This document shows positions 15,188 through 30,184 of a stretch of 64,000 nt of DNA, piece after piece (the first letter of the stretch is position 1; every line of letters starts with the position of its first letter). Made by a program: the position numbers and the translations under genes. This DNA comes from Escherichia coli (GTDB taxonomy: Bacteria > Pseudomonadota > Gammaproteobacteria > Enterobacterales > Enterobacteriaceae): the NCBI RefSeq assembly GCF_002854065.1, contig NZ_CP024147.1, one strand, 5' to 3'. Below the pieces are notes generated by a model that saw only the letters and a program-made list of their open reading frames with translations, was not told where the DNA came from and did no database searches.

Positions 15188-16145
15188 AGCACTACTGAAC
15201 GCGGGACGTCAGACGTTAATGCTGGAGTTGCAGGAAGCAAGCCGCTTACCGGAACGTCTGGGCGATGATTTTGTTCGCGCCGCCAATATCATCCTGCACT
15301 GCGAAGGCAAAGTGGTGATTTCGGGAATTGGCAAATCGGGCCACATTGGTAAGAAAATCGCCGCAACGCTTGCCAGTACTGGCACACCGGCTTTTTTTGT
15401 CCATCCGGCAGAAGCACTGCACGGCGATCTGGGGATGATCGAAAGCCGCGATGTGATGCTGTTTATTTCTTACTCCGGTGGCGCGAAGGAACTGGATCTG
15501 ATTATTCCGCGTCTGGAAGATAAATCTATCGCGCTGCTGGCGATGACCGGCAAACCGACGTCACCGCTGGGCCTGGCGGCGAAAGCGGTGCTGGATATCT
15601 CCGTAGAACGCGAAGCCTGCCCGATGCACCTTGCGCCGACCTCCAGCACCGTCAATACCCTGATGATGGGTGACGCGCTGGCGATGGCGGTCATGCAGGC
15701 GCGCGGATTTAATGAAGAAGATTTTGCCCGCTCCCACCCAGCCGGGGCACTGGGCGCTCGCTTGCTGAATAAAGTGCATCATCTGATGCGCCGTGATGAC
15801 GCTATCCCGCAGGTAGCGTTAACCGCCAGCGTGATGGATGCGATGCTGGAACTCAGCCGCACCGGTCTGGGGCTGGTGGCGGTATGTGACGCTCAACAAC
15901 AGGTACAAGGCGTCTTTACCGACGGCGATTTACGTCGCTGGCTGGTTGGCGGCGGCGCACTCACCACGCCAGTTAATGAAGCGATGACGACAGGCGGTAC
16001 CACATTACAGGCACAAAGCCGCGCCATCGACGCCAAAGAGATCCTGATGAAGCACAAAATCACTGCCGCACCGGTGGTAGATGAAAACGGCAAACTCGTC
16101 GGCGCAATTAACCTGCAGGATTTCTATCAGGCCGGGATTATTTAA
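15180..16145 (+). CDS. gutQ: D-arabinose 5-phosphate isomerase (SIS + tandem CBS domains)
   Basis: 321-aa ORF with SIS motif [25 protein letters not shown]. Confidence 0.93.
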   Translation: MSEALLNAGRQTLMLELQEASRLPERLGDDFVRAANIILHCEGKVVISGIGKSGHIGKKIAATLASTGTPAFFVHPAEALHGDLGMIESRDVMLFISYSGGAKELDLIIPRLEDKSIALLAMTGKPTSPLGLAAKAVLDISVEREACPMHLAPTSSTVNTLMMGDALAMAVMQARGFNEEDFARSHPAGALGARLLNKVHHLMRRDDAIPQVALTASVMDAMLELSRTGLGLVAVCDAQQQVQGVFTDGDLRRWLVGGGALTTPVNEAMTTGGTTLQAQSRAIDAKEILMKHKITAAPVVDENGKLVGAINLQDFYQAGII

Positions 16146-17656
16146 TCCTTCAATCCCAGACGTTTCGCCAGCCGATGCAGGTTGGCGACGTCGGTTTCCA
16201 GCATTCGCGCGCAGGCTGCCCAGTTGTGATGATTTTGTGCCAGTGCCTGACGAATAGTTTCACGCTGGAACGCTTCTGTCGCTTCACGCAGGTTTTGCTT
16301 AACAACGGGCACCGCCGCCGCTTCTGGCGGCGGTAACGTCACCTCAGGAAAAGCAAAATGTTGCGCCTCAAGAATCACTTCATCGCCGTTGCGGGTGGCT
16401 CTCGCCAGAACTACCGCCCGATGAATAGCATGTTCCAGTTCGCGCACGTTTCCCGGAAAACTGTAGTGTTGCAGTAAATTTCGCGCTCCGGCACTTAATA
16501 CCACGCGGGAGAGCCCCTGCCGCAAACGACACTGCTCGCAGAAATACCCCGCCAGCAGAATGACATCATCGCCCCGCTCACGCAGCGGCGGCACCGAAAG
16601 TGGAAACACGCTCAGGCGGTGGAACAAGTCAGCGCGAAATCGCCCTGCCAGCACCTCTTCGCGTAAGTCGCGGTTAGTCGCCGCCAGCACGCGCACATCG
16701 ACCCGCAAACTACGGTCATCGCCAACGCGCTGAATATCGCCATACTGCAACACCCTCAGCAGCTTGGCCTGCAATGCCAACGACAACTCGCCGATCTCAT
16801 CCAGAAACAGCGTGCCGTTATCCGCCATTTCAAACTTCCCACTGCGGTTACTGATAGCGCCAGTAAACGCTCCTTTCACATGCCCGAACAACTCACTTTC
16901 CGCCACACTTTCCGGCAGTGCGGCACAGTTGAGATAGACCAGCGGATTCACCGCCCGTGGCGAGGCCTCATGAATCGCTTTCGCCACCAGCTCCTTACCG
17001 GTTCCCGTCTCACCGCTGATCAGGACGTTGAGATCGGACGCCGCCACAATCTCAATCTCTTTTTTCAGTTGCGTCATGCCAGGGGACAAGCCAATCATCT
17101 GCGTCTGTTTCACCGCTTCAAATGGAGCGGCATCGCCCGGCAACATATTCTGGCTTTCCAGTTGCTCAATCAGCAACGCATTGCTTAACGCTCCCGCCGC
17201 CAGCGCGGCAATCAGGCGTAACTCTTCGTCGCTGAAAACATCGAACTGATCGGGCTGCATCCCGTCGAGCGTCAATGCGCCGATCAGGTTTTGCCCGGCA
17301 AACAGCGGCAGACCAACGCAGGCGTGAACCTTCAGACTCTCCTGCCCTGGAATCAAACCGTCATAGGGATCGGGCAATTCGCTGTCTGCGGGAAAGCGCA
17401 CCACATCACCCGCGCGGGCAATCGCTTCCAGCCGTGGATGACCTTCCAGCGCAAAGCGTCTACCGAGTACATCCTTCGCCAGCCCGTCGATGGCAAGCGG
17501 AATAAACTGCCGCGAGTCGTAACGTAGCAACGCAGACGCATCGCACTCCAGCACCTGACGCAGCGTGGTGATCAGGCGCTGAAAACGATCCTGATGACCA
17601 ATCCCACGCTGCAATTCGATGGCGATATTCGCCAGCACATCAACGGAAAAACTCAT
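16142..17656 (-). CDS. norR: Sigma54-dependent NO-responsive regulator NorR
   Basis: ORF with GAF domain, AAA+ motif GETGTGKE and GAFTGA, C-terminal HTH; start set at [14 protein letters not shown] (504 aa); stop overlaps gutQ stop by 4 bp (convergent). Confidence 0.95.
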   Translation of the reverse strand: MSFSVDVLANIAIELQRGIGHQDRFQRLITTLRQVLECDASALLRYDSRQFIPLAIDGLAKDVLGRRFALEGHPRLEAIARAGDVVRFPADSELPDPYDGLIPGQESLKVHACVGLPLFAGQNLIGALTLDGMQPDQFDVFSDEELRLIAALAAGALSNALLIEQLESQNMLPGDAAPFEAVKQTQMIGLSPGMTQLKKEIEIVAASDLNVLISGETGTGKELVAKAIHEASPRAVNPLVYLNCAALPESVAESELFGHVKGAFTGAISNRSGKFEMADNGTLFLDEIGELSLALQAKLLRVLQYGDIQRVGDDRSLRVDVRVLAATNRDLREEVLAGRFRADLFHRLSVFPLSVPPLRERGDDVILLAGYFCEQCRLRQGLSRVVLSAGARNLLQHYSFPGNVRELEHAIHRAVVLARATRNGDEVILEAQHFAFPEVTLPPPEAAAVPVVKQNLREATEAFQRETIRQALAQNHHNWAACARMLETDVANLHRLAKRLGLKD

Positions 17657-17668
17657 CTTTGCCTCACT

Positions 17669-17724
17669 GTCAATTTGACTATAGATATTGTCATATCGAC
17701 CATTTGATTGATAGTCATTTTGAC
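17669..17724. promoter_or_regulatory. NorR enhancer: three GT-N7-AC sites (GTCAATTTGAC, GTCATATCGAC, GTCATTTTGAC)
   Basis: Three evenly spaced 11-bp palindromic sites in the norR-norV spacer. Confidence 0.85.
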
Positions 17725-17779
17725 TACTCACTAATGAGCATAATTTTATTTATAGAGTAAAAACAATTAGATAAAAAAC

Positions 17780-17795
17780 TGGCACGCAATCTGCA
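17780..17795 (+). promoter_or_regulatory. Sigma54 promoter of norVW (TGGCAC-N5-TGCA)
   Basis: tGGcacgcaatcTGCa about 45 bp upstream of the norV start. Confidence 0.85.
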
Positions 17796-17842
17796 ATTAG
17801 CAAGACATCTTTTTAGAACACGCTGAATAAATTGAGGTTGCT

Positions 17843-19282
17843 ATGTCTATTGTGGTGAAAAATAACATTCATTGGGTGGGTCAACGTGACTGGGAAGTGC
17901 GTGATTTTCACGGCACGGAATATAAAACGCTGCGCGGCAGCAGCTACAACAGCTACCTCATCCGCGAAGAAAAAAACGTGCTGATCGACACCGTCGACCA
18001 TAAATTCAGCCGCGAATTTGTGCAGAACCTGCGTAATGAAATCGATCTGGCGGATATCGATTACATCGTGATTAACCATGCGGAAGAGGACCACGCCGGG
18101 GCGCTGACCGAACTGATGGCACAAATTCCCGATACGCCGATCTACTGTACTGCCAACGCTATCGACTCGATAAATGGTCATCACCATCATCCGGAGTGGA
18201 ATTTTAATGTGGTGAAAACTGGCGACACGCTGGATATCGGCAACGGCAAACAGCTCATTTTTGTCGAAACACCAATGCTGCACTGGCCGGACAGCATGAT
18301 GACTTACCTGACAGGCGACGCGGTGCTGTTCAGTAACGATGCTTTCGGTCAGCACTACTGTGACGAGCATCTGTTCAACGATGAAGTGGATCAGACGGAG
18401 CTTTTCGAGCAGTGCCAGCGTTACTACGCCAATATCCTGACGCCGTTCAGCCGCCTGGTAACGCCGAAAATTACCGAGATCCTAGGCTTTAACTTACCAG
18501 TCGATATGATAGCCACTTCCCACGGCGTGGTATGGCGCGATAACCCGACGCAAATTGTCGAGCTGTACCTGAAATGGGCGGCTGATTATCAGGAAGACAG
18601 AATCACCATTTTCTACGACACCATGTCGAATAACACCCGCATGATGGCTGACGCTATCGCCCAGGGGATTGCGGAAACCGACCCACGCGTGGCGGTGAAA
18701 ATTTTCAACGTCGCCCGAAGCGATAAAAACGAAATCCTGACCAATGTCTTCCGCTCAAAAGGCGTACTGGTCGGCACTTCGACGATGAATAACGTGATGA
18801 TGCCGAAAATCGCCGGGCTGGTGGAGGAGATGACCGGATTACGCTTCCGTAACAAACGCGCCAGTGCTTTCGGCTCTCACGGCTGGAGCGGCGGTGCGGT
18901 GGATCGTCTTTCCACGCGCCTGCAGGATGCGGGTTTCGAAATGTCGCTTAGCCTGAAAGCGAAATGGCGACCAGACCAGGACGCTCTGGAGTTATGCCGT
19001 GAACACGGTCGCGAAATCGCCCGTCAGTGGGCGCTCGCGCCGCTGCCGCAGAGCACGGTGAATGCGGTAGTTAAAGAAGAAACCTCTGCCACCACGACGG
19101 CTGACCTCGGCCCACGGATGCAGTGCAGCGTCTGCCAGTGGATTTACGATCCGGCAAAAGGCGAGCCAATGCAGGACGTTGCGCCAGGAACGCCGTGGAG
19201 TGAAGTCCCGGATAACTTCCTGTGCCCGGAATGCTCCCTCGGCAAAGACGTCTTTGACGAACTGGCATCGGAGGCAAAATGA
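17843..19282 (+). CDS. norV: Anaerobic NO reductase flavorubredoxin
   Basis: 479-aa [27 protein letters not shown] with C-terminal rubredoxin CxxC pairs. Confidence 0.97.
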   Translation: MSIVVKNNIHWVGQRDWEVRDFHGTEYKTLRGSSYNSYLIREEKNVLIDTVDHKFSREFVQNLRNEIDLADIDYIVINHAEEDHAGALTELMAQIPDTPIYCTANAIDSINGHHHHPEWNFNVVKTGDTLDIGNGKQLIFVETPMLHWPDSMMTYLTGDAVLFSNDAFGQHYCDEHLFNDEVDQTELFEQCQRYYANILTPFSRLVTPKITEILGFNLPVDMIATSHGVVWRDNPTQIVELYLKWAADYQEDRITIFYDTMSNNTRMMADAIAQGIAETDPRVAVKIFNVARSDKNEILTNVFRSKGVLVGTSTMNNVMMPKIAGLVEEMTGLRFRNKRASAFGSHGWSGGAVDRLSTRLQDAGFEMSLSLKAKWRPDQDALELCREHGREIARQWALAPLPQSTVNAVVKEETSATTTADLGPRMQCSVCQWIYDPAKGEPMQDVAPGTPWSEVPDNFLCPECSLGKDVFDELASEAK

Positions 19283-20412
19283 GCAACGGCATTGTGATCA
19301 TTGGTTCGGGCTTCGCCGCCCGCCAACTGGTGAAAAATATTCGCAAACAGGACGCCAGTATTCCATTAACCCTGATTGCCGCCGACAGCATGGATGAGTA
19401 CAACAAACCTGACCTCAGCCATGTTATCAGTCAGGGGCAACGTGCCGACGACCTTACCCGCCAGACGGCGGGTGAATTTGCCGAGCAGTTTAATCTGCAC
19501 CTGTTTCCGCAAACCTGGGTGACGGATATCGATGCCGAAGCCCGTGTGGTGAAAAGCCAGAATAATCAGTGGCGATACGACAAGCTAGTGCTGGCAACCG
19601 GTGCCAGCGCCTTTGTCCCGCCAGTGCCTGGGCGTGAGTTAATGCTGACGTTAAATAGTCAGCAAGAGTATCGCGCCTGTGAAACGCAACTGCGGGATGC
19701 CCGACGCGTGTTGATTGTTGGCGGTGGTTTGATTGGTAGCGAACTGGCGATGGATTTTTGTCGTGCAGGCAAAGCGGTCACGCTAATCGACAACGCTACC
19801 AGTATTCTGGCGTCGTTAATGCCACCGGAAGTAAGCAGCCGCTTGCAGCATCGGTTGACGGAGATGGGCGTTCATCTGCTGTTGAAATCTCAGTTGCAGG
19901 GGCTGGAAAAAACGGATTCTGGCATTGTGGCAACGCTGGACCGCCAGCGTAGTATCGAAGTGGATGCGGTAATTGCCGCCACCGGACTGCGCCCGGAAAC
20001 CGCCCTGGCACGACGCGCTGGGCTGACGATTAATCGCGGCGTTTGCGTCGATAGTTATCTGCAAACCAGTAATGCCGATATTTACGCGCTGGGCGATTGC
20101 GCGGAAATTAACGGTCAGGTACTGCCGTTCCTGCAGCCGATTCAACTTAGCGCGATGGTGCTGGCAAAAAATCTTCTCGGCAATAACACGCCGCTTAAAC
20201 TACCGGCGATGCTGGTGAAAATCAAAACGCCGGAATTACCGCTGCATCTGGCAGGCGAAACCCAGCGTCAGGATTTACGCTGGCAAATTAATACCGAACG
20301 CCAGGGAATGGTGGCGCGCGGCGTTGACGATGCTGACCTGCTTCGCGCCTTTGTGGTCAGTGAGGATCGGATGAAAGAGGCATTTGGATTGTTGAAAACG
20401 TTGCCGATGTAG
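19279..20412 (+). CDS. norW: NADH:flavorubredoxin oxidoreductase
   Basis: 377-aa ORF with FAD motif [10 protein letters not shown]. Confidence 0.95.
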   Translation: MSNGIVIIGSGFAARQLVKNIRKQDASIPLTLIAADSMDEYNKPDLSHVISQGQRADDLTRQTAGEFAEQFNLHLFPQTWVTDIDAEARVVKSQNNQWRYDKLVLATGASAFVPPVPGRELMLTLNSQQEYRACETQLRDARRVLIVGGGLIGSELAMDFCRAGKAVTLIDNATSILASLMPPEVSSRLQHRLTEMGVHLLLKSQLQGLEKTDSGIVATLDRQRSIEVDAVIAATGLRPETALARRAGLTINRGVCVDSYLQTSNADIYALGDCAEINGQVLPFLQPIQLSAMVLAKNLLGNNTPLKLPAMLVKIKTPELPLHLAGETQRQDLRWQINTERQGMVARGVDDADLLRAFVVSEDRMKEAFGLLKTLPM

Positions 20413-20539
<127 letters not shown>

Positions 20540-22792
20540 TTATCCGTTCTGGACTTCACCCGCTAACCAACGCGCCGCAGCAATAACCCCCTGCCCCAGA
20601 GACAAACCGCCATCACCCGCCGGTAAACTCTGTGGAAAGAGCAATGTGAAATCAGCGAGATAATGCGCCAGACGTGCACGCAGCAAACGGTTATGAATAA
20701 CCCCGCCGCTAAATACCAGCGTAGTGATACCACGCATCGTGGCCTGCTCACGCATCAACGCGGCAAAACCCTGCGCCAGCGCATCATGAAACGCCCACGC
20801 GCGTTGATTAACCGGTGCCTGCCAGTTCAGCCACTGCTGCCAGAAAGTGGCGAGATCCAGTTGATTGTCCACCCGCGGCATTGTCACCGGATGCGTCACT
20901 CCGTGGCATGAGGCTGCGAGCGCCTCCAGAGCACAAGCCGCTTCACCTTCATAACTTAACGTGGCTGGCGCACAGCCCAGTGCCGCCGCCACTGCATCGA
21001 ACACCCGCCCACACGATGACGCCAGCGGCGCGTTAATTCCACGCTCAATGGCCCGCGCCAGTACGCTCCAGTTTTGCTGTTGCACACTTGCCGTTTCAGG
21101 GTAATTCTGCCACTCCGGCACAAAGCGCAGGCACTGCGCCAGCAGGTTACGCCACGGCTGCTTCGCCGCCAAATCGCCACCCGGAAGCGCCACTGCAGGC
21201 AAGCCGCCCAGGTGCTCACATTCGCGATAGTTCACCCGCAGGCACTCGCCGCCCCACAAAGCGCCGTTCTCCCCCATACCGATACCGTCGAGCGTCAAAG
21301 CAATGACATCACCGCCCTCCAGTGGCCACTGATGCTCTGCCAGACACGCCGCTGCATGGGCATGATGATGCAGTACCGTTTGCGTCGGCAGATTCATTTC
21401 GCTCGCCCACTGGCTGGAGACATAGCCCGGATGCACGTCATGCACAACGTATTGCGGGGTGAAATCGTAGATGTTTTGCATCAGGCGTAACGCTTCGCGC
21501 CACTGCATCTGGATGCCATCGTCACTTAAATCGCCCAGATGCTGGCTCAACACCGCTTGTTCACCGCGCACCAGGCAGAAGGTATTTTTCAGATCCGCGC
21601 CGAGACACAGCACAGGCGGAACATTTTTAAAGCCCGGAGGCAAAGCCAGCGCATCCGGCACATACCCCCGCGAACGGCGCATCATTTCGCCGCTTTCGCG
21701 CACCACTGAATCATCCATCCGCTGCACGATGTCGCGGTTATGTATTAAGAATCCGTCGGCAATGCCCTGCAAATCCTCCAGCGCCTGTTCGTTGCTGATA
21801 GCCGGTGGTTTACCGCTCAGGTTGCCAGAGGTCATCACCAGCGGGCATTGCAGTTCCTGTAACAGCAAATGCTGAAGCGGATTCGCAGGCAACATTACCC
21901 CGACTTCGTTAAGGCCAGGGGCGATATCATCACAAATCTCAGGTACGTATTTTTTATCCACCAGCACAATCGGCGCAGCGGGCGTGGTAAGCAACTGGCG
22001 CGCAGCGTCTGGTAAACCGTCAGCCACTGGCAACATGACTGCCAGCGGTTTCGCCGGGCGATGTTTGCGCGCCCGAAGTGTCGCCACCGCGTTACTGTTA
22101 CGTGCATCGCAGGCAAGATGAAATCCGCCAATCCCTTTGATGGCGACAATGTTGCCCATTTTTAACTGTGCGATAGCCGCCTGTAATGCCGCCTCTTGTT
22201 CTGCATGTTCACCATGACTTACCCATTCAAGATGCGGGCCACACTCCGGGCAGGCCACCGGCTGGGCGTGGAAGCGACGATCGAGCGGGTCGCGGTACTC
22301 TTTATCACAGGCTGGACACAGCGGAAACGCCGCCATCACGGTAAACGGGCGGTCGTAAGGCATCGCGCGAATAATGGTGAAACGCGGGCCGCAGTGGGTA
22401 CAGTTGATAAACGGATAACGATAACGCCGTTCGCCTGGGGTATTCATTTCGGCAAGGCAAGCAGGGCAAGTAGCGGCATCGGGAACAATTTGCGTATTCA
22501 TGGCGCCGCCCGCGCTCTGGCGGATGGTGAACTCAGTGGGCAGTTGTGACCAGATAAACGGTTCACGCTCAACGCTATCAATACGCGCCAGCGGCGGGCA
22601 GTGCTGATGCAATTGAACAAGAAACGTTTCCGGGTCTTCCAGCAGCCGGACTTCTACGCCATCGCCGTCATTACAGACATCGCCGTGAAGATTTAATTGC
22701 TGTGCCAGTTGCCAGACAAACGGACGAAAACCGACGCCCTGCACTTTGCCACGAATACGCAGTTGGACACCGCAAGATGTGTTTTTTGCCAT
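20540..22792 (-). CDS. hypF: Carbamoyltransferase HypF (hydrogenase maturation)
   Basis: ORF with acylphosphatase, two Zn-finger CxxC pairs and YrdC/Kae1 domains; start set at [15 protein letters not shown] (750 aa). Confidence 0.93.
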   Translation of the reverse strand: MAKNTSCGVQLRIRGKVQGVGFRPFVWQLAQQLNLHGDVCNDGDGVEVRLLEDPETFLVQLHQHCPPLARIDSVEREPFIWSQLPTEFTIRQSAGGAMNTQIVPDAATCPACLAEMNTPGERRYRYPFINCTHCGPRFTIIRAMPYDRPFTVMAAFPLCPACDKEYRDPLDRRFHAQPVACPECGPHLEWVSHGEHAEQEAALQAAIAQLKMGNIVAIKGIGGFHLACDARNSNAVATLRARKHRPAKPLAVMLPVADGLPDAARQLLTTPAAPIVLVDKKYVPEICDDIAPGLNEVGVMLPANPLQHLLLQELQCPLVMTSGNLSGKPPAISNEQALEDLQGIADGFLIHNRDIVQRMDDSVVRESGEMMRRSRGYVPDALALPPGFKNVPPVLCLGADLKNTFCLVRGEQAVLSQHLGDLSDDGIQMQWREALRLMQNIYDFTPQYVVHDVHPGYVSSQWASEMNLPTQTVLHHHAHAAACLAEHQWPLEGGDVIALTLDGIGMGENGALWGGECLRVNYRECEHLGGLPAVALPGGDLAAKQPWRNLLAQCLRFVPEWQNYPETASVQQQNWSVLARAIERGINAPLASSCGRVFDAVAAALGCAPATLSYEGEAACALEALAASCHGVTHPVTMPRVDNQLDLATFWQQWLNWQAPVNQRAWAFHDALAQGFAALMREQATMRGITTLVFSGGVIHNRLLRARLAHYLADFTLLFPQSLPAGDGGLSLGQGVIAAARWLAGEVQNG

Positions 22793-22944
22793 TGAGTTAT
22801 TCCCGCCATCATGAATTGCGTAACCCGTCCAGCCGGACACGACAGCGTCGCATCCGGCAGTCACAGGTCGGCGATACCGCCCGCTCGGTATTCTACGAAT
22901 ATTTCCGGGAATTCCTTTGATGCCAGAACAGTTCTGTAAGATTT

Positions 22945-23472
22945 TTAGAACATCAGCGCCGTACGGCGGCGTTTTTCTGCGCTCAGTTGTTCAAGTTTAT
23001 TACGATCGACACAAATTAGCGCATGAGTCGGGCAAGCCGCCATACACGCCGGGCCGTCTTCACGATGGTTGCACAGGTCGCATTTATTGGCTTCGGCTTT
23101 GTCAGCCCGTACATTCAGACCCGCGCCGCTGTTGCGGATCACCGGACGTACCACCACTTCCATCGCGCCATACGGGCAAGCCACAACGCAGGTTTTGCAA
23201 CCAATGCAACGTTCCTGCATCACATGAACAAACCCTTTATCACGGCTGATAGCACCATTCGGGCAGACGTTAGCGCACGGTGCATCTTCACACTGACGGC
23301 AAACTGTCGCCGTGGAAATGTTCACACCTTTAATGACATGGATACGCGGTAAAAATGTTTCCGGGGTCAGCGATGCACAGTCCTGATTTTCCTGATGAGA
23401 AACCACGCACGCCACTTCACAGGTACGGCAACCAATACATTTACTCGCGTCAGCAATGATGAAACGGTTCAT
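22945..23472 (-). CDS. hydN: Ferredoxin-like 4Fe-4S electron transfer protein
   Basis: 175-aa ORF with multiple CxxCxxCxxxCP motifs. Confidence 0.92.
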   Translation of the reverse strand: MNRFIIADASKCIGCRTCEVACVVSHQENQDCASLTPETFLPRIHVIKGVNISTATVCRQCEDAPCANVCPNGAISRDKGFVHVMQERCIGCKTCVVACPYGAMEVVVRPVIRNSGAGLNVRADKAEANKCDLCNHREDGPACMAACPTHALICVDRNKLEQLSAEKRRRTALMF

Positions 23473-23581
23473 CAAATTCTCCAGCTATGACAGTTAATGC
23501 GCCGATACATTCACAAATTATGCCAGTTTTTAATTAACTGTTATTTAAGGAAATTAATTTCTGTAATGCAGGAAAAAAAGA

Positions 23582-23620
23582 TGTCATCGACACTAGTGAC
23601 GATGACATGTGATGACAATG
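23582..23620. promoter_or_regulatory. Putative FhlA-type UAS upstream of hydN (TGTCATCGACA-like repeats)
   Basis: atgtcatcgacactagtgacgatgacatgtgatgaca resembles the TGTCG/CGACA motifs at the hyc/hyp UAS. Confidence 0.4.
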
Positions 23621-23621
23621 T

Positions 23622-24632
23622 TTATCGCGAAAGAGCAATGAGTGAGTCGCGGCAGATCAGTTTTCCGCTGAAGGTTTTCGGCGGTGAGAAATCCCCGCCA
23701 TCGAGCATAAAAATCAGCCGTCCAATAATTTCCTGAATCATCTCAGTCACCGGAATTTTTACGCTGGAGAGCGCCGGAACGATATAGGGGGCAATTGCGA
23801 TATCATCGAATCCGATAACTGACACCTGCTCTGGCACCGCTACGCCGCGCTCGTGTAACGCTTTCATCGCACCTATCGCCATATCGTCGTTACTGGCAAC
23901 TAACGCGCTAAATTTAGCCCCACGTTCGAGCAACGTTTCTACCCCTTCGGCCCCGCTGGCGGGCGTCCATTTACCGTTAGCGATAAGTTTTTCATTGAGC
24001 GCAATACCATGCTGCGCCAGCGCGTCTTTATATCCGGCAAGACGTTCAACGCTGGTGGGGGAATCCATCGAGCCGGTAAGAAAAGCAATCTCCTGATGCC
24101 CGGCGTTTATCAACTCTGCCACGGCGTTAAAGCTGGTCTGTTTATGATCGCACCAGACGCTATGGCTGCTATTTTTGCGCAGGCGGCGATTAAGCACCAT
24201 TATCGGCTGACTGTGCGCGTCAATGATGTCATCGATCTCATCCACACTTAAAAAACGCGGGTAAATCATAATGGCGTCGCAGCGCAAATCCAGCAGATAC
24301 TGAATCGCCTGGCGCTCTTCTTCGGCGCTGTGTTTACCATCTGCCAATAGCAACTGCCGCCCTTTCTCTTCCGCCATTCGCGCGGCATGAAACAGTAATT
24401 CACTAAAATAAATGCCGTGGTAAAGCGTGTTAGTCACTACCAGCCCCAGCGTCTGGGTACTTTTCGCCGACAGATTGCGCGCCAGCAAGTTTGGACGGTA
24501 ACCGCTCTCTTCTACCGCCTGAAACACGCGATCTTTAGTCTCCTGGCTGACGTAGCCATTACCTGAAAGCACGCGGGAAACGGTCGCTTTTGAAACCCCG
24601 GCGCGCTTCGCCACTTCCAGCATCGTCGTCAT
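23622..24632 (-). CDS. ascG: LacI-family repressor of the asc operon
   Basis: ORF with N-terminal HTH MTTMLEVAKRAGVSKATVSRVLSG; start set at MTTML. Confidence 0.92.
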   Translation of the reverse strand: MTTMLEVAKRAGVSKATVSRVLSGNGYVSQETKDRVFQAVEESGYRPNLLARNLSAKSTQTLGLVVTNTLYHGIYFSELLFHAARMAEEKGRQLLLADGKHSAEEERQAIQYLLDLRCDAIMIYPRFLSVDEIDDIIDAHSQPIMVLNRRLRKNSSHSVWCDHKQTSFNAVAELINAGHQEIAFLTGSMDSPTSVERLAGYKDALAQHGIALNEKLIANGKWTPASGAEGVETLLERGAKFSALVASNDDMAIGAMKALHERGVAVPEQVSVIGFDDIAIAPYIVPALSSVKIPVTEMIQEIIGRLIFMLDGGDFSPPKTFSGKLICRDSLIALSR

Positions 24633-24891
24633 CATTTTCATCCCTTTACACGCAATCAACGCAGTGTACTGCACCGTTTACCGATTGTCCTTGCGCAATC
24701 GGCGGGAAAAATATTCAGGTGACCGGTTTCACAAATATAAAAAATGAACAATTAACTCTCTTGCTTATTTGGTTACAACTATTCATGATTTTGTGAAACC
24801 GGTTTCTTAATTCCGTTTCAGCATCGGCATTTTTCCGTCACGTCGACTGATAACAACTACATCTTCCCTACTGATAACAGGATAAAATCCG

Positions 24892-27782
<2,891 letters not shown>

Positions 27783-27870
27783 GCAACCGTGCCGGATGCG
27801 GCGTGAACGCCTTATCCGGCCTACATAGTTCGTGCGACATGTAGGCCCGATAAGCGCAGCGCATCGGGCA
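27783..27870. repeat. REP/BIME palindromic repeats downstream of ascB
   Basis: gtgccggatgcggcgtgaacgccttatccggcctac and gtaggcccgataagcgcagcgcatcgggca. Confidence 0.85.
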
Positions 27871-27896
27871 ATCTGTGGATTGGCATCAGTCAAAAA

Positions 27897-28314
27897 TCAA
27901 AGAAACCATTCAGGCTTAACGCCAAATCGGGCTGAAAGTGCCTTAATGTGGGATATCGTCAGGGATCGTTGTCCAGACAAGATCTGGCTGACCAGGGATT
28001 TAGAACCGATTTCGTTCTTCAAATCCGCATAGTCAGATTATGTTGATCAATCAGCGTACGAAGTAACGCTACGCCAACCGGCATTGCCGCAACGGCTTTG
28101 TCGAACTCTGCAAACTTTTCGTTGTTGTTTTCATATTCTGCAATGCGGCTCGCCAGAAAGTCGATAAGTGGATTGGTGTCATCTTCTTCAATCAATATTC
28201 GACCAGTTCCAGTGCTTCACGATAATCATCTTCTGAGTCACTGCCTCCCAGAAAGGGGACTGCATTGACCAGTTCTCTTGTTGCTTTAACAGCGCGTGCA
28301 GCATTAGCAGTCAT
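27897..28314 (-). pseudogene. HigA-family (HTH_XRE) antitoxin-like gene disrupted by two 1-bp deletions
   Basis: Three consecutive frames encode MTANAARAVKATRELVNAVPFLGGSDSEDDYREALELVEY / IEEDDTNPLIDFLASRIAEYENNNEKFAEFDKAVAAMPVGVALLRTLIDQHNLTM / DLKNEIGSKSLVSQILSGQRSLTISHIKALSARFGVKPEWFL, together a ~139-aa HigA-like protein. Confidence 0.7.
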
Positions 28315-28549
28315 TCTTTGTTCTCTCTGTAGTATCGTATCAGACGCCCACTTTTCTAAAATGCCAGGTTTGCTCGGCATCATAAGGCATGGTCAGGAGA
28401 GGTTTCAGCGCCCGCTTTTGCGCATATTCGCTGTCACTCATTGGCAGATATTCGGTAAAGCTGGTGGCCTGTGCAGGCAGCACTAAGCTCAATAAAAAAG
28501 CGCACATCCCTGTTCTGATGTTCAATTCCCTGAATTCCCTAATGAAGAA

Positions 28550-29017
28550 TTATTCTTCCACCGCTAACTGCGCGAAGCCGCCGTTCCCTTCCCAGCCTTC
28601 CAGTCGTTGATAAACGGTTTCTACCGCATCTTTAATCGGCTGTGTCATCGGGTAGTAAAAGCCGACGATATCCGGCTGGATGCCGAGGAAAATCACTTCG
28701 CCAATATCTTCTTTCAACTGATCGATAAGGTAGTTCAACGGCATGTTATGGGTAGTCATCATAAACATCTCGGCGATATCATCCGGGTCGATGATGCGGA
28801 TTTCGCCGGGGTTTAGCCCCATATCCGTGGCGTCGACAATCAGCAGTCGTGTCGGGCGCAGTTCACGGATAGCGACGATGTCGTTTTCCGGTGCGCTACC
28901 GCCGTCAATCACCACCCAGTTACCTTTCGGCGCGGCAGCGCACTTTTCCGCCAGCAGCGGGCCTGCGCCATCATCGCCCATCATGCTATTGCCAACACAG
29001 AGTAAAACGTCAGTCAC
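28550..29017 (-). CDS. hycI: Hydrogenase 3 maturation endopeptidase
   Basis: 155-aa [28 protein letters not shown]. Confidence 0.95.
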   Translation of the reverse strand: MTDVLLCVGNSMMGDDGAGPLLAEKCAAAPKGNWVVIDGGSAPENDIVAIRELRPTRLLIVDATDMGLNPGEIRIIDPDDIAEMFMMTTHNMPLNYLIDQLKEDIGEVIFLGIQPDIVGFYYPMTQPIKDAVETVYQRLEGWEGNGGFAQLAVEE

Positions 29018-29420
29018 GCAGTCTCCTCACCATCAAATAGATGGCGTTTTCCTGATGAATATCATGCAGCATACTTAACAGCATTGTACTCCATTCCTTC
29101 TGCTGCGAAGTTTGCGCTGCCCGGGCTTTATCGAATGCATTAGCCAGCATCGGCACATGGTTAATGTCGATGACGATCTCACCATATTTCGGCACGCCTT
29201 CCATTTTGCGGCGGGCTTCGCTGCCCGCCTCCAGAGTGGCAATCCATGCCAGATAGTCATCCCACGGGCAGGTGAGCGCCGCTTCCAGGCAATCGATAAC
29301 CCCAAGGTGGTGACCAATCGCCAGGCTGTAATAGACCACCTGCTGCGCCTCGGCGGGCGTGGCATCGTTCTCATCAATAAATTTACGGCTCAGTTGACTG
29401 AACACCACCTTTTCACTCAT
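29010..29420 (-). CDS. hycH: Formate hydrogenlyase maturation protein HycH
   Basis: 136-aa ORF in operon position. Confidence 0.9.
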   Translation of the reverse strand: MSEKVVFSQLSRKFIDENDATPAEAQQVVYYSLAIGHHLGVIDCLEAALTCPWDDYLAWIATLEAGSEARRKMEGVPKYGEIVIDINHVPMLANAFDKARAAQTSQQKEWSTMLLSMLHDIHQENAIYLMVRRLRD

Positions 29421-30184
29421 CGGATACGCGCCTCTTCAACAACATGATTCAGATGGCTGACAATCTCGTTCAGACGCGGATCGTTTTCCGCTTCCAGCCA
29501 GCGTGCAACCTGTTCTTCGCCCTGCCCTAACTGTGTCAGGAAGTCATCGGCAATCTGACGACCGTAACGATAACCCGCCAGTCGACGTGCTTCGCGATCC
29601 ACTTTCACACGCAGCGGCTGCACCATATCGCCATGCAGAATTTCTGCCGGTTGTTCATCCTGCTCACCCGGGCCACGGGCGTGAATTTTCTGCTCCAGCA
29701 GGCCGAGCGCCATTGCAAAGCCGTACAGCGTGGCCGCTGGCGTTGGCGGGCAGCCAGGGATATAAACATCCACCGGGACGATTTTATCCGTACCGCCCCA
29801 CACGCAGTAGAGATCGTGGAAGATCCCGCCACTGTTACCGCAGGCACCGTAGGAGATACAGATTTTCGGGTCCGGCGCGGACTGCCACGCACGCAGCGCA
29901 GGGGATCGCATTGCACGGGTGACCGCGCCGGTAAACAGTAAAATATCCGCATGACGCGGTGAAGGAACGACTTTAATGCCGAAGCGTTCTGCATCAAACA
30001 GCGGCGAAAGCGTGGCGAAAATTTCGATTTCGCAGCCGTTGCAGCCGCCGCAGTCCACGCGGTAAACGTAGGCAGAGCGTTTGATTTTTTTCAGTAACGA
30101 CGCCTTCATACTGGCGATGGATTCATCCACCGTCATCGGGACCGGAATGCCGTTGGCGTCACGGGGGCCTAATAAATTGCTCAT
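29417..30184 (-). CDS. hycG: Hydrogenase 3 small subunit (NuoB-like)
   Basis: 255-aa ORF with CxxC Fe-S motifs. Confidence 0.93.
   Translation of the reverse strand: MSNLLGPRDANGIPVPMTVDESIASMKASLLKKIKRSAYVYRVDCGGCNGCEIEIFATLSPLFDAERFGIKVVPSPRHADILLFTGAVTRAMRSPALRAWQSAPDPKICISYGACGNSGGIFHDLYCVWGGTDKIVPVDVYIPGCPPTPAATLYGFAMALGLLEQKIHARGPGEQDEQPAEILHGDMVQPLRVKVDREARRLAGYRYGRQIADDFLTQLGQGEEQVARWLEAENDPRLNEIVSHLNHVVEEARIR

Noticed and set aside
23476-23560. Candidate sigma54 -24/-12 element (TGGCATaatttGTGA) upstream of hydN
   Set aside because: The -12 region deviates from the GC consensus at two positions; I could not place a convincing promoter by eye, so only the UAS-like repeats are reported.
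28340-28525. 61-aa minus-strand ORF with a signal-peptide-like N-terminus between hycI and the HigA-like remnant
   Set aside because: Track start is a non-ATG codon, the only ATG gives 55 aa, no recognisable domain, and it overlaps the degraded antitoxin region; could be a small protein but evidence is insufficient.
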